A stretch of 64,000 bases of DNA from Seison nebaliae (Eukaryota): assembly GCA_023231475.1 (NCBI GenBank), contig JALJEE010002185.1, positions 62,001 to 126,000 on the forward strand, in the 5' to 3' direction. A program made the position numbers and the translations under genes. Below, one piece after another: positions 63,223 to 64,000 of this stretch. The notes beneath the pieces were generated by a model. It did not search any database and was not told the origin of the DNA. It worked only from the letters and a program-made list of their open reading frames with translations. Every line of letters starts with the position of its first letter. Position 1 is the stretch's first letter.

Positions 63223-64000
63223 TATCAAGTGTTCTTTCCCAATTGCTTAGTCAACTCCTTCCAGTTGAATTCTATGTTCTGCTCTCCCACTTGCGACTTA
63301 TCCTCTTTTTTCCTTTTCAGAGGTTTTCCATTAATTTTCACTCTAATCTTTATGGAGATTCCACTTTTTTCCTTTTCGAGTGAGGAGAAGAAGAAAGAAA
63401 CTCTAAAGTCAAAAATAAGCTAAACTCGGAGAATGAGATGGTCGATTTAAAGATTCTAGTTTCACTCTATATTTTCCGTCTGATTCGTAATTTTTATGTC
63501 TATTAATTCGGAATGACTCGGAAAGAATACAATTTATTTAAGATAATTCATTAATACGATTGCTTATCTGTTGACTTCAATAAATGAAATAAGGAGAAAA
63601 CAAAATAAGAGAATAGAACCATTCTCTTGGCTGTCACTTGCATGACAATGTAGAACATGATCTTTCATATAATATATACGTCAAATACTTCAAATACAAT
63701 CAAATGCTTCAACCAAACAATACGTAAGAGATGAAGACGATGCACACGGACTAGACCAAAAATGACGAAAATACTTCTCGACCTATTCTTCAACTATTCC
63801 ATTATTCTTACGTTTCTCTCCCATCTAGATACAGTTCTACCTTCATCATCCCTAAACTAAACACACAAGCGCTCACTCGCATATAGACATACTTTCCGTC
63901 TAATTGAAACATGAAATGAACAGAAATTACAATTCGATGGTAATATATCCATCACTTAACTTACCAATTCACGCTCATATGTTCCAACTGGATTAAGCTC

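Noticed and set aside
1..64000. tRNA, rRNA or spliced-leader RNA genes
   Set aside because: No recognisable cloverleaf, rRNA or SL signatures were seen by eye; a covariance-model scan would be needed to exclude them.

Overview
AT-rich eukaryotic (metazoan, invertebrate-type) genomic DNA, not prokaryotic. Genes are compact and introns are mostly 43-80 nt, so the ORF track fragments or misses many genes; the spliced models below were built by hand. Genes: partial 7TM GPCR, an EGF-CFC (Cripto/Cryptic-like) gene missed by the ORF track, an EGF single-pass membrane protein, isochorismatase (ISOC), HMGB, a Q/N-rich giant protein, TMEM165, TRAPPC5, RPS13, alpha-tubulin, a mucin-like membrane protein, a myristoylated pseudo-USP, atypical PKC, a SAM plus triple WRKY/GCM1-type zinc-finger protein, CC2D1/Lgd, TIM13 and a stomatin/MEC-2-like gene. 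There are also three Tc1/mariner relics. The most striking signal is that all 22 introns I could fix by protein homology start with GTT (T at +3, variable +4 to +6), while canonical GTAAGT/GTGAGT sequences inside exons appear to be skipped, which suggests a shifted 5' splice-site code. Also notable is a palindromic 6-nt overlap (TCATGA) of the coding ends of TMEM165 and TRAPPC5. No database searches were run; all calls rest on recalled motifs.
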